Assembly (NCBI RefSeq): GCF_902713425.1
Contig: NC_081212.1
Coordinates: forward strand, 9,972,261 to 10,036,260
Direction: 5' to 3'
Length of the DNA: 64,000 bases
Source: Acipenser ruthenus
Lineage: Eukaryota
Positions 1-12,382 of the stretch are shown here, in pieces; position 1 is the first letter of the stretch, and every line of letters begins with the position of its first letter. A program made the translations under genes and the position numbers. The notes beneath the pieces are model-generated. The model did no database searches, was not told the origin of the DNA, and saw nothing but the letters and a program-made list of their open reading frames with translations.

Positions 1-118
1 TCTTTCGGGTGAGACGTAATTGTAAGTGACTCTGCAGCTGATGCATAGTTCACCCACCCTAGTCTCTGTAAGTCGCCTTGGATAAAGGCATCTGCTAAAT
101 AAACAAATAAACAAATTA
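1..118 (+). mobile_element. 3' part of tRNA-derived SINE (family A), truncated by window start
   Basis: Near-identical to 48060-48183 (the 3' half of the full SINE copy at 47939-48183). Ends in the conserved tail GTAAGTCGCCTTGGATAAAGGCATCTGCTAAATAAAC. Confidence 0.7.
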
Positions 119-529
119 TAGGTCGGACAAAAAAAGTTTCCCATCATTGTGTGCAGGTTTTCCCTTCTCTGAATCACAGCACTCTTTTTGGATGCAGTTT
201 GAACATTATGACGATAATACATCACTTTGCTCTTGCAGTGAAAACACATTCAGCCTCAGAACTTTGGAGGCCAGGGTGGGGCCAACACGAATGATAAGCA
301 CAACAAAAGTAAACTTTCATACCTATGAATATTCACTTTAAATGCTTAGAATTTACCAACATTCCTGAAGTGTTCAAGTTTAAAATTTTAGTGTAAGCAC
401 CCCTGTGGCCTCACAGAGCTCTCACACATCTCTTCTCTCTAGGAACAGCTGGTTCACCAGAGTGTAACCATCAACCTGTCCCCCTGTAACACTATGCCCC
501 TTCAAACCTATAAGACTACAAGAACATTT

Positions 530-800
530 ACGAACAAGGACATTTACGAACAAGGATGTGGCCATTCGGCCCATCTAAGCTTGTCAAATTCCTAATAGCT
601 AATTGTTGAGTTTAGTCTAAAAGGATCCCAATGATTCAGCATCAACTACATGGCTAGATAGCCCATTCAATACCATCAACACTCTCTGTGTAAAGAAGTG
701 CCTCCTACCCTCTGTCCTAAGTCTATCTCCACTTAATGTCCAACTGTGTCCTCTGGTCCTGTTTCTGTGCTGCATGACTTCTACTGGTTCAGGTTAACTA
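530..800 (-). mobile_element. CR1-like LINE 3' UTR/tail fragment
   Basis: Shares GGCCATTCGGCCCATCT and GTGCCTCCTAC...CTCTGTCC motifs with the CR1 3' ends at 8281, 21039, 27140, 49321 and 50620-50830. Confidence 0.4.
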
Positions 801-1454
801 TGTCAACCCCTTTTAAGATTTTAAAGATTTCAACCAAGTTTCAGTACTGTCAATATATGTCCCACAGTCTTGCCAGGGGTATAGGAATACACTACACCAT
901 TACTTCAATACGTTTTTGGAGAGGCTAGCTGCATATAATAACAGAAGTTAAAAAGAGGCTATATTTGCATTGTGAACTGTACCATAGTGTGAATGATCAA
1001 TTTCAGTTCCATGTTATTCTATGGGTTTATTCAGGTTTAATATCTCACAAGGCTATGCCAAAGAAAATTCTATTAACACTACTTCTGGGAACAATGTGTA
1101 CAGTCTGTTCTTGACTCCATCATACTTAACCAAAATGCTATAAATCCTATGGACTGTGCACCACCAATCCTGTTTCAGCCCACCAGCAGTGGTAAGTAAC
1201 ATCCTGTAAACCAGGGCTCTTCAACTAGTTTTTTAAAGGGGCCAGATTGGAAAAAAGTTAGGAATAGGTGGGCCAGAAGTATATTACTCTGCACATTTTT
1301 AAGCAATATAATAAATATGATATAACGTAATGTTTGTATATTGAACAAGACTTATAAATGTTACCATATGAATAGTACTTTAATAATAGAGCAGTGCGAA
1401 CATTTAACAGAGTACCACTGTAAACATTTTAAAATATGTGTGACATTAATAGTA

Positions 1455-2311
1455 TAACTATCACCAACTACGCCACCCAGCTCCTGGTCCAGGCCCTGGT
1501 ACACTCCCGCATAGACTACTGCAACTCCCTCTTGGCCGGCCTTCCTGCGTCCATCACCCGTCTCCTCCAGTTCATCCAGAACTCCTCTGCTCGCCTGGTG
1601 TTCTCTCTGCCTCGCTTCTCCCACACAACTCCACTGCTCCGCTCACTCCACTGGCTCCCGATCACCACTCGCATCCAGTTCAAGACTCTTGTACTCGCCT
1701 ACAGATGCCTTGACCAGACTGCACCCAGCTACCTCCAGACCTTCATCTCTCCCTACACCCCCACTCGACCTCTCCGCTCCTCCTGCACTAGAAGACTGGC
1801 TCTACCTCCTCTACGCTCCCCTGCCTCCAGGGTCCGCTCCTTCTCCACCCTCGCCTCGCAGTGGTGGAATGACCTTTCTACAGATGTCAGGACTGCCCAG
1901 TCCCTGACCACCTTCCAGCGCCTCCTCAAGACTCACCTCTTCAGACAGCACCTGTAGAACTCCTATTTTCCCTCTGGACACTTATCACTCTTCCCTTAAA
2001 TGCGATTTACTTGCTCTTATCTGCTCCCTATTTTACTGCATTTAATCCTGTACTTTAGAGTACTGTAATCTGTCACAAGTGTTATTTAATCTGTAGTATT
2101 TTGTATTTAATTATATCCTGATTTAACTATCACTGACACTGTTATCTTCTCCGTTATTGAATCGTGTTTTGTCATATACTTGTACTTGCTAGAACCGAAG
2201 TAATTGTATTTTATCTTTCTCTTTAATTGTATTAATACTTGTACTGTGATTCTTGAAATGTATTTTTGTTTACGACTGTAAGTCGCCCTGGATAAGGGCA
2301 TCTGCTAAGAA

Positions 2312-2371
<60 letters not shown>

Positions 2372-2372
2372 C
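1455..2372 (+). mobile_element. L2-clade LINE 3' end: ORF2 C-terminal domain (1455-1957) plus 3' UTR and (AAT)n tail
   Basis: Translation gives ...SRIDYCNSLLAGLP...LHWLPI..RIQFK...APSYL...LKTHLF, the characteristic L2 C-terminal domain. The 3' UTR ends in GTAAGTCGCCCTGGATAAGGGCATCTGCTAAG followed by (AAT)n at 2311-2372. Confidence 0.7.
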
Positions 2373-5212
2373 ATCTAAGTCTGAGAGTGTGAACTGTGTG
2401 ATTGTGTGGTTGTAAGTAATGATGTGACACTAAAAACTTTCAACGTGCCACTTAAAACAAATAAACCTGTGTCTTTGTTTCTATTTCATCTCTGACACAG
2501 CAATGAAAACCTGAATATGTTAAGAACAGACAGATCAGTCCCATGGAAAGGGATGTACCGGTGATCACGTTTCTATGTTTTGGTTCATTTCCCAAATAAT
2601 GACATTTGATGCTTCTGACCAGACTGTTAATCTGCTTTGTATGGTATACTTTTTAATAAATCTCAAACCACAAATCGATGAGTGCACAATCTCACAAGAG
2701 CTGCACAAGCATGTTGGTCGGGAGAGATCAGCGCCTCTACGTTTTAGCTTCTAACAGCTGAGCCCTCTGTATACCCATTTCCAAAAGCTCTGTGTTAAAA
2801 TGGCTTTTCACATTGTATTCCTTAACTACTGACACACATTCATTGCACAGTAAACACATTGGCTTTGCGCTTGGTACAGTTGGTAAAAAATATAAGTATT
2901 TACTGGTCCACTCATTGTTAAATCTACGATTTCCACCGATGTTTTCTCTTCTTACTAGCTAGAGTAGAGAGCCATGTTTATATCACTTAAAACAAACAAA
3001 CAAAAATGTAATAGCAAAACGAGTAAAAAATAAAAAACCACCCACAGAGTACACCAAGCGAAGCTCAGTGGAACTGGCTTGCACGAGTCGTGCAGAGTGG
3101 CTAGGGATGAAAAGGGGCGGTGTGATGAGAGCGCTGCTTTGCCAGACTCAAAAATAAAACACATCTTAAATCACAAATTGATTTATGATGTTACTATTTT
3201 GTTTTCGTTTTTTTTGTTTTTCATATTTATTTTAGTTAATTTTTATCATTTGTGTTGACGGTCGGCAGGCCGCCAGTTGAAGAGCCCTGCTGTACACTCT
3301 CCAATCATTTTTCCATCTTTCTAATTGCTTCCCACCCACCTCGTCTTTGTATTCCCTGAGTGCAATAAGTTGTGTTAGATATGGATAGATTAATTTGCTG
3401 CACGAGGTAACGGTTGCGGGGACCAGCATGTATTTACATTTACTGGATCTGAGGACAACCCAAGCCCCAGTACATTATTTGTCAGGAGGTTTTGTCAAAC
3501 AAAACTCTTAAACCTGTAAAATTAAAATGCCATTTATCTACAAAGCATTCAGAATGTGAAAAAATAAACACTTTTAAACAAAACAAAACAAAACAAAACA
3601 AAACAAAACAATGTGCAAAATGACAAAATTCCTTACTAAGATTCAAGCCCAGGAATCTCATGAAGTTAGGTATGTTATATAAATACTTTACTTTCTATGT
3701 GTACTTATACACACACATGCAAATTAGATTAAAAATGTTGTTGTGAAAAAATAGAGATGGCAAGCGGTCTGTGGCAAAAGTCCAAACACCAAGGTGGTCC
3801 CTGCCTTGAAAAAGGCTGGGACCAGTGTTCTAGGACATTCCTTTAGCCCTGGAATTAGTCTGGTTCATAGGACTCTCTCCAGGGCCACAGTGACCTTTTG
3901 GTGCTGTGGTGACCACAACTGGATCCGGTACTCTATAAGTGTAATCTCACCAGTGCAGTATTAATTGTTCAATGTCCACTTAGAGTTGAGACCACTTGGA
4001 ACCCGGGTTTCAGTCCAGGCCTCATAGCCCCTGTGCCTCTGCAGTTTGCTGCGGTAATGTCCCCCGCTCAGCAGTAACACAAGACAGTGCTTCCAGGAAC
4101 TCCTTGCACCGTCTTCTTGGAAAGTCTCCCCTAACAGTTCCACAATCTATTTCTGTAACATGCTGTACATGACAAGGAATTAAATACATGTCATCAATAC
4201 ACATAGATATCTGTCTCTCAGTACATTCACACATCAAGGATAGGGTTAGCATTGAATATTGCAGCACTTGACATTCTCCAGTCTTGTTTCTGGTACTTGA
4301 TTTTCTTATAGTCTTACCAGTGCATTATACAGTAAAACCTCATCATAACCTCTTTGGATTTGTACTCTGGCTGTCCAAGTCTGCTCAAGCATTTGCCTTT
4401 TTGATTGCTTCCACGCACAGTCGGGTTGCTGCAGCGACGAGTCTAACACAACATTGAGGGCTTTCTCTTGTGGGCCTGTTCTAGTTCTATACCGCCCATT
4501 TATGCGGAGCCTACATTTCTGTGACCAGGGTGTCACCATAATCTAATCTGAATTGTACTCTTTCGACAATGTAATAAAGGTGAGCAGATACTCATGTTCG
4601 TGAGTAATTAAGTTAGTTATTCATTCATTAAATAAAATGAGTCACTCAACACAAAATAAACCATTCCCTCGTTTGCCCTTGGCTACAGAACTATTGACGA
4701 CCGATCAATAACAATCTGAAAGTGAGATTTAATTTAGAACCTGTCATGATCAAACAAACTAAAACTACTCATTCTATAAGTGTCTTCCCTTTCTTTTATA
4801 CTTTTGTTATACAATCATTTTGATTTCACAATGTTAGAAATGCATCCTCTCTGCAGTGAACTGGGGGACTGTTATCCTGGGTGAGATGTAATCTCAGATT
4901 AAACTCCAGGGAAACACATCCCCAGTCTGCACAGCAGTAGAAATGTAATCTCATATTAAACTCAAGGGAAACACATTTTACAGTCCTGTGTGTTAAAAAT
5001 ATGTACAGACATTGTTCATAAGACTATGGGGTCTCCCAGTGTACCCTGAGAGTAAAAATATCAAATAAACATTCTGTAAATCAATGTCCTTAATAAAAGA
5101 CTTACATTATAAATTATATTATTATATCTTTTAACAAACCAAAATTTCAAAACGGTCAAGAAACTCAATACTTTGTATGGTGCTAGAACCCTGACAAGCA
5201 GAAAAAACAGAA

Positions 5213-5445
5213 CAGTTCAATTGGGATAAAGGAGCATTGACTTTTCTACAACACCAGGACACATTAAGTACGGTTCAATTGGGATAAAGGAGCATTGACT
5301 TTTCTACAACACCAGGACACATTAAGTACGGTTCAATTGGGATAAAGGAGCATTGACTTTTCTACAACACCAGGACACATTAAGTACGGTTCAATTGGGA
5401 TAAAGGAGCATCGACTTTTCTACCGCAGGACCAGGACCCATTGAG
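5213..5445. repeat. 58-bp minisatellite, about 4 copies
   Basis: GGTTCAATTGGGATAAAGGAGCATTGACTTTTCTACAACACCAGGACACATTAAGTAC is repeated in tandem. Confidence 0.9.
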
Positions 5446-6777
5446 TCTTTTTTTTTTTGCTGGTATTTTACACTCACAGTAAAGTCAGAATTTCAATCAT
5501 ACCGCACTGTGTGCACCTGAGTTTTGTGTGGATTCTGCTGCGTATCTCAAGATCTTCAAGAAGGGCCAGTCTTTCATGGTGAGCATGAAGAATGGCTACA
5601 TGTCTTGCATCATGGTGTTGCAGTATTTAGACATATTTACATTCACTTCGCACATGTGACTGCAGTGTTTCGTTATATGCATGAACATTATTTTTATATG
5701 TTATACTTCCTGCAATCTAGATATCTAGATATCTTAACATCTGGAGCTGTGATTTGGAACGTGGCTTCATTAACTTTATAGCTGCTGTGAAAAATAAAGA
5801 TTTGCATGAACTTTTAAACACAGGACTACACCTCACACTTCCTAATCTCTGGAAGTAATTCAGTGCACCCTTTTTTAAATGTGCGTATGCACTTATTATT
5901 TTGCTGTCGGTTTTCTTAATCTCTGCATATATGTTTCAAACCTGACACACAAAGAAAAGATGCACTTACAAATATTAAATGATCTGGATTAAATTACTAA
6001 ACACAGGCATGAAATATGGTCTTTATATTACTAAGAAAGCAGTTTTCATTTTAATATTTGAGATCAGCACTAAAGTGTATGAAGCCAGGGAGTAGTGGCA
6101 CTGGAGCTGTCCTCAAAGCATTGTGAACAGCTGACCCTTCACTGCATTGTACATGTCATTAAAACATGCACACACTAACTAGGGCTGGAACAATAAATTG
6201 ATAATATAATTTTTTTGCAGTGATAATTTTATCACGTTGAGAAAATATTACCGGTAATCATAATTGCCGTCTGTGACCCAGTGAAGCAGGAAACGTCACT
6301 GAACTGTCTGTGCAAGGTGTAAAACATGATCTGTGTGAGGACTGCGTACATTGGGAAGTACTGATTTTAAACAATATGCTTTTAACTTTGCGTCATGGTT
6401 TCATTTTGATAAGAAGTTGTACACTGGCAAAGCATGGCTGGTTTTCTAACATGAACACAAATATGTTTGTTTGTAAAATAAATAAACGCTAGCGCACTGT
6501 AAAATTACTGTAGAAAATCTGTTCCCATGGCGTTGCTATTGTAAAAAAAAAAGGTATAAATGAAAGATAGTTGGCTTTTAATGGAAGGAGAGGTGGTTTA
6601 TTTTATTAAACTGTCTGCATTCAAGCAGCCATGTGCAACTCAGTATGTTCCTAATATATATATTTTTTGTTAAACCTAGTTTAATTCTCTTAATGGCAAA
6701 TGCTTCCAGGTAACGTTAGCAATTTTGTTTCGTTATATTTAATACATTTGGTGGCAAATTAACAAATGTTTAAATAA

Positions 6778-6778
<1 letters not shown>

Positions 6779-6868
<90 letters not shown>

Positions 6869-6915
6869 TACATACATACACACACATATATACATACACA
6901 CACATATATACAATA
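6779..6915. repeat. (AT)n microsatellite followed by (CA)/(TACA) repeats
   Basis: Direct reading. The ORF 6759-7070 is a translation artefact of this repeat. Confidence 0.95.
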
Positions 6916-7217
6916 GGTGCATTTTTATACTCACGTTTGTTCTGGGCACCTACCAGAAATTTAAAAATTCTGCGCATACACTGTCTAGTTTTTTTTCTTC
7001 TAAACTCAATGACTATTAGACTGACAGTTATAATGCTGCTCAAGTATAAATTTGATAAGCATACAAGCACTTTATTTATTCAGATGATAATCACGATTAT
7101 TGTGATAATTTATAGATGAAAATGTCATTATCGTCCAACCCTAATACTAACTTACATTTACTAGTACTTGAAGTATTAAAATAATGTAGTCAAGCGGGCA
7201 CAGTTAAACCAGTCACT

Positions 7218-7220
<3 letters not shown>

Positions 7221-7281
<61 letters not shown>
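7221..7281. repeat. (AAT)n microsatellite
   Basis: Direct reading. Confidence 0.95.
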
Positions 7282-7785
7282 ATTTCCCATTGCTTTGTAT
7301 ATAACCTTTTCTTCATAAGAATCCAAAAGTTATAATCCAACGTGTGTCCAAAAGCAAACAGTAGCCTCTTTTCTAAACCTTATTCCCAGTGTAAAATACA
7401 AATTCCCTCACTGTAGCCTAACCAGAAAATACAGCTTTTTTTTGTCAATGTATATTATCAATCAATTTTTATTTTTAAATAGCGCCTTTCACAATAGATC
7501 GCCGCAAAGCGCTTTACAAGGATACAAACAATAAATATTACAAAAACTAACAATAAATATTACAAAAACTAACAATAAGCAGTAAAAACAAAACAATATA
7601 ACAGTAAAACAAGCAAGTAAGGGTAAGAACATTAAGATATATAAACTAGATTATAAAAATGTGTTTTTAATCTAGTTTTCAAAGCAGCGACAGTGGGAGC
7701 TTCCATATGAAATCAAATCACCAAAAACCTCAACCTCCTTTGATTTGTATACAAATGTCCATGCATGTTTGCCTTTGGGACAAGT

Positions 7786-8275
7786 GGTTACAGTGTACAT
7801 TTTAGGCCTGAGTGACACCCCGTTCATGAGATACAGCTCATCAAAGTTGACTCATTTTGGACCACCCACCCAACCTTTCCGTGGTCATAACTTCCTCCAT
7901 AATTGACACAGAAAGGTAGTTTTGGTGTTGTTTTAAAGCTCTCTAATAGCACTATCTTCTCATTTCTCAGGTTCTGTGAAGTGTACAATAAAAAAAGTTG
8001 TGTGACCTTTGATCTCACCCAGGTCAAATCGCATAACCGTGGATTTTTGTCAGTTTTTGATATATTTTAGCCTAGACCCTTATCTACATTTCCTGCAAGT
8101 TTCATTTTGTGCCTGCCATTGGTTGATACACAGCACAGAGTTGAATGCAGAGTGTCTGGTGAATCTTCTAAGTGAAGCGATTACACACCTATACAATTAA
8201 ACAAATATATTTAGTTATAATCGAGTATACTCACCTGTTAAATTGAAGCTGCAGTGAACTGGTGCAGCTGTAACA
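7786..8275 (+). repeat. Left arm of long inverted repeat (about 490 bp) bounding a 7.8-kb composite element
   Basis: Roughly 90% reverse-complement match to 15091-15592. The ORF pair 8009-8200(+) and 15174-15365(-) encodes almost the same peptide, which shows the inverted copy. Confidence 0.8.
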
Positions 8276-8280
8276 GATTC

Positions 8281-10110
8281 ATAAGAAAGTTTATAAACGA
8301 GAGGAGGCCATTCAGCCCATCTTGCTCATTTGGTTGTTAGTAGCTTATTGATCCCAGAATCTCATCAAGCAGCTTCTTGAAGGATGTCAGCTTTGTTTTA
8401 CAACATTATTGGGGGGTTGGTTCCAGACCCCTGGTCCTTGTTTCTTTTTTCAGGTCAAAAAAGTACCTTGGGTCCACATTGTCAATACCTTTTAGAATTT
8501 TGAATGCTTGAATCAGATCACCGCATAGTCTTTGTTCAAGACTAAATAGATTCAATTCTTTTAGCTTGTCTGCATATGACATGCCTTTTAAACCTGGGAT
8601 AATTCTGGTCGCTCTCTATGCACTCTTTCTAGAGCAGCAATATCCTTTTTGTAGCAAGGTAACCAGAACTGAACACAATATTCTAAATTAGGTCTTACTA
8701 ATGCATTGTAAAGTTTTAACATTATTTCCCTTGATTTAAATTCAGCACTTCTCAGTATATATCCAAGCATCTTGTTGGCCTTTTTTTATAGCTTCCCCAC
8801 ATTGTCTAGATGAATACATTTCTGAGTCAACATAAACTCCTAGTCTTTTTCATAGTTTCCTTCTTCAATTTCAGTATCTCCCATATGATATTTATAATGC
8901 ACATTTTTATTGCCTGTGTGCAGTACCTTACACTTTTCTCTATTGAATGTAATTTGCCATGTGTCTGCTTTTTGGAATTGGTTTTAGCCCCCTTGGCAAT
9001 GTTCATTTCTATCTCTCTCTTGGCCTTTCTAACTTGACTTGCGTTTGCAGTTCCAAGTACTCTGTGTACTTTGTTCTTGGTCCCTTTTAAACGCTCTGTA
9101 AAGTGCCTTTTTTCTCTGGATATTTTTTTAAATTGATCTATTAAACCATTTTGGCCATTTTGTTCTAGATTTAGATTTGTCTACTTTTGGGATGTAATTG
9201 TTTTGCGCCTCTAGTACTAAATTTTTTTTAAAAAAGCCATTCTTTCCCTGTGGGTGTTTTTTCTACTTTACTCCAATCTACTTCTGTTAGTCTCTGTTTC
9301 ATACCTTCATAGTTTGCCTTTTTAAAATTGTAAACCTTAACTTTAGTCATTACTTTTGGGGTTTTAAAAAGCACTTCAAATGACACAATGTTGTGGTCTG
9401 AGTTTGCAAATTCTTTCTCTGTTTTAGTTATTCTGTCTTCGTTCTTTGAAAAGACTAAACCAAGGCATGCCTCCCCTCTAGTCGGTGCAATGACAAATTG
9501 CGTCAGGAAGGAGTCATTTATCATTTCTACCCTTTCAATTTTGTCCGTCGTGCCCCCCATCGGGTTTTCCCATTTTATATGGGCGAAGTTGAAATCCCCC
9601 ATTAGTATGGCTTCTCCTTTTCTACACGCATTTCGAATGTCATTGTATAACAGATAATTTTGCTCGGTGCCTGAATTTGGCGGTCTATAGCATGCCCCTA
9701 TTATTATGCCCTTTGAATTGTTGTCCATTATTCTGACCCATATTGATTCGGCGTTGTTTTCTTCGTCCAGATTTAACACCTGTGCTTCAAGACTATTTCT
9801 TATGTATAGCGCTACCCCTCCGCCTCTTCTGTCCTGTCTGTCTTTCCTATACAGTGTGTACCCACTAATATTATATTCGTCTCCATCATAAACCAAGTTT
9901 CTGTAACACCTATCACATCGCAGTTACTTGTTAGTACAACATTTTGTTTCTGGGACTTCTAGCATTTAGATAAATACATTTACTGGCTATCTTACCTGAA
10001 TTGTTGCCCTTGTTTTGATGTGGTCTCCCTTCTGTTTTTTTGTTGATTACTCCCCAAATCCAATTTGGCCTATTAACACATGTGACTAAAGTGTAGCACA
10101 GGTGAATTAA
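8281..10110 (-). mobile_element. CR1-like LINE copy (internally deleted): 3' tail, RT C-terminal fragment and apurinic endonuclease domain
   Basis: 3' tail GAGGAGGCCATTCAGCCCATCTTGCTC...TTATTGATCCCAGAATCTCATCAAGCAGCTTCTTGAAGG starts at 8281. RT C-terminal motif ...[19 protein letters not shown] is at 8588-8770(-). Endonuclease ORF at 9228-9896(-) reads ...YNISGYTLYRKDRQDRRGGGVALYIRNS.... The 5' region is collinear with 29740-30170. Confidence 0.8.
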
Positions 10111-12382
10111 ATACAGATGAATAGTGAAATGTGTCCTTTATATAGTCCTTCCAGGATTCCGCGATCGCAGAAAAAAAATCACAGAATTTGTTCTCTCTCG
10201 CAGAATTTTCCCTGTACATGTCACTAGAGCGCATGCATGCTATTTGTATAGTGAGGAATGTGGCGAGCTTTAGTTCAGCCATGGAGACATTCCTAAGGCC
10301 ATCGGTGAGCTCCAGAAACAAATCTAAATTAGCACCGAATATAATGGCAAAAGATAGGGCACAAATGCAAAATGCAAGTCCAGTATTTCCAATAACTCAC
10401 CATAGCTCCTGTTAAAACAGCAGAAGACCGTGACAACGACCATGGAAAGACAAACAGTGGCTACTAAAGAACGAAATAAGGTAAGATTATTATTATTACT
10501 ATTATTTTACAAAAGGATTTCATAGTTTAGTCGCAAGTTCAAAGTGAAGCAATGTTCTCTTACTCCTATGTGAAAGGTCAGAGAAAAACCATTGCTTGTA
10601 CCTTGCTTGTACTCCCTATGCTGCAGGTCCTGAAAGATGTCATTCTAATTATATATGGAAATACACACGTATTTTGTACATGGTGTAGTAACATAAATGC
10701 TCAAAAAGCAAGGGGGCAGCGCACTATATTAGATATTATCCGATTACTTGGGATGACAACATTCTTGTGAAAATCCTCTTTTTTTAAAATCGTTACTTTC
10801 CTGTTTGTTTTGTGGTATGTGATGTAGCACTTTAACATTGTGGTCAAAGAAACATAAAAGCTAGTTTATCAGCCAATCAGTGTCGCCTGTCACTGTTTCC
10901 AAGCGCTTGTTGCAGTTTCCAAACTATTTCTATATGCTGTCTTGATGTAGATACGTTTTAGAATTATAACATTTTGGTGAACAACACATGTTTCTAAAAA
11001 TACCCTGTTACATCTGTACAAAAAGCCTCATATTTGGCTTTGCCAGCAATATTAAGGTCATTTACTTTAAGGCCCTGTCCATACTACATAACCAATCTCG
11101 AGAACTGTACTCAAAAACGTTTTAATTAAACCTGCTCAAACTTTAGCGTCCACACTGAAGTACCGTTTCATGTTTAGTCGGGCGTAATCCGTCCACACAC
11201 AGTCACCTAATTCAAGTCACCTAATTTAACGTTGTGCTTTTGTTATTTTCCTCACTAGTTTAACATCCTGACAGATTTTGTTAAACATAGAAATGAATAC
11301 CTAGTGCGGAGTGTACACTGATAGCAAGTCAATTGTCAATCTGAAGTTTTTTTGCTAAGCAGTCAGCATCTTCAGGGGATTCTCATGAAGAAGATCACCC
11401 CTCTGCATCTCAGCCATCTACTTCTGACTGTACGAGTACTACAGTGACCGAAGCAGTAGTAATGCACAAAAACGCAAACAAAAAATACCTTCTTTGAATG
11501 GGAGATGAAGTATCCATGGACTGTTTATTGAGACGGCAAGATGTACTGTGTGTGAAAAAGCTGCTGGGCAAAAAAAAAAAAAAAAAAAAAAAGCATATAC
11601 ACACAAATGTACAGATTTTCAAGAATCTTCGCTTAAGACACAGACACGGTGATGCTGTTGCTGTTATTGGAAAGCAGAAAAATATGAAAACACATGTAGA
11701 TGAAGGCAACAAACAGTGCTTAGAATCCCGTCTCGCTGTCATGCAAACGGCCTACTGTTAGTATGTAACAAAGAAAAAAAGAGTGTCTGTGTTCATATGT
11801 AGATCTGTACACAGACAGAGATTGTTTAAACTATGATATAGCACAGAGTTTAAACATTTATAAAAATGTACCAAAATGCACATCCCTGCAGTTTATTCAC
11901 CTTTGTGTTAAAATGTTGTATTTGATGGATGGGATGCAGATTTTTGGGCATGTGCGATTCAGGAACGCATGAACAGAAATGCAAGCGCGACCTCTGTTAA
12001 ATACTGGCAGTTGACTCTAATTTACAATAACGAGCCAACTGCCAAAACAATTAACACATAATCTATCAATTACACATTTTTGTATGGCAGGGTGATTTTA
12101 ACCCCTCCCCTGCCACAGTGTATTTTTTAAAAATAGCATCCAATAGTCAGTGCTGTAAGAGTTTTTGAAAAAGTGAACTCTCTTTGCTTTATTGTATGTG
12201 TGTGTTTTCTTCTTCTTTGATTTACAGAAAATATGGCAAACATGTTTGTTCTGGTTTTTTATATATATTTTAAACATGTATATATTACACTTACAAGTTG
12301 AACATTCTTGACATTAAATTTTGTAGCTAAAATTCTTGCAGTTTTGCAGTCTATTTCACATTGAAGACAATTTGTTGCATAA

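Noticed and set aside
1361-1624. 87-aa minus-strand ORF
   Set aside because: It is antisense to the L2 ORF2 C-terminal domain and is Pro/Gly-rich from GC-rich antisense reading.
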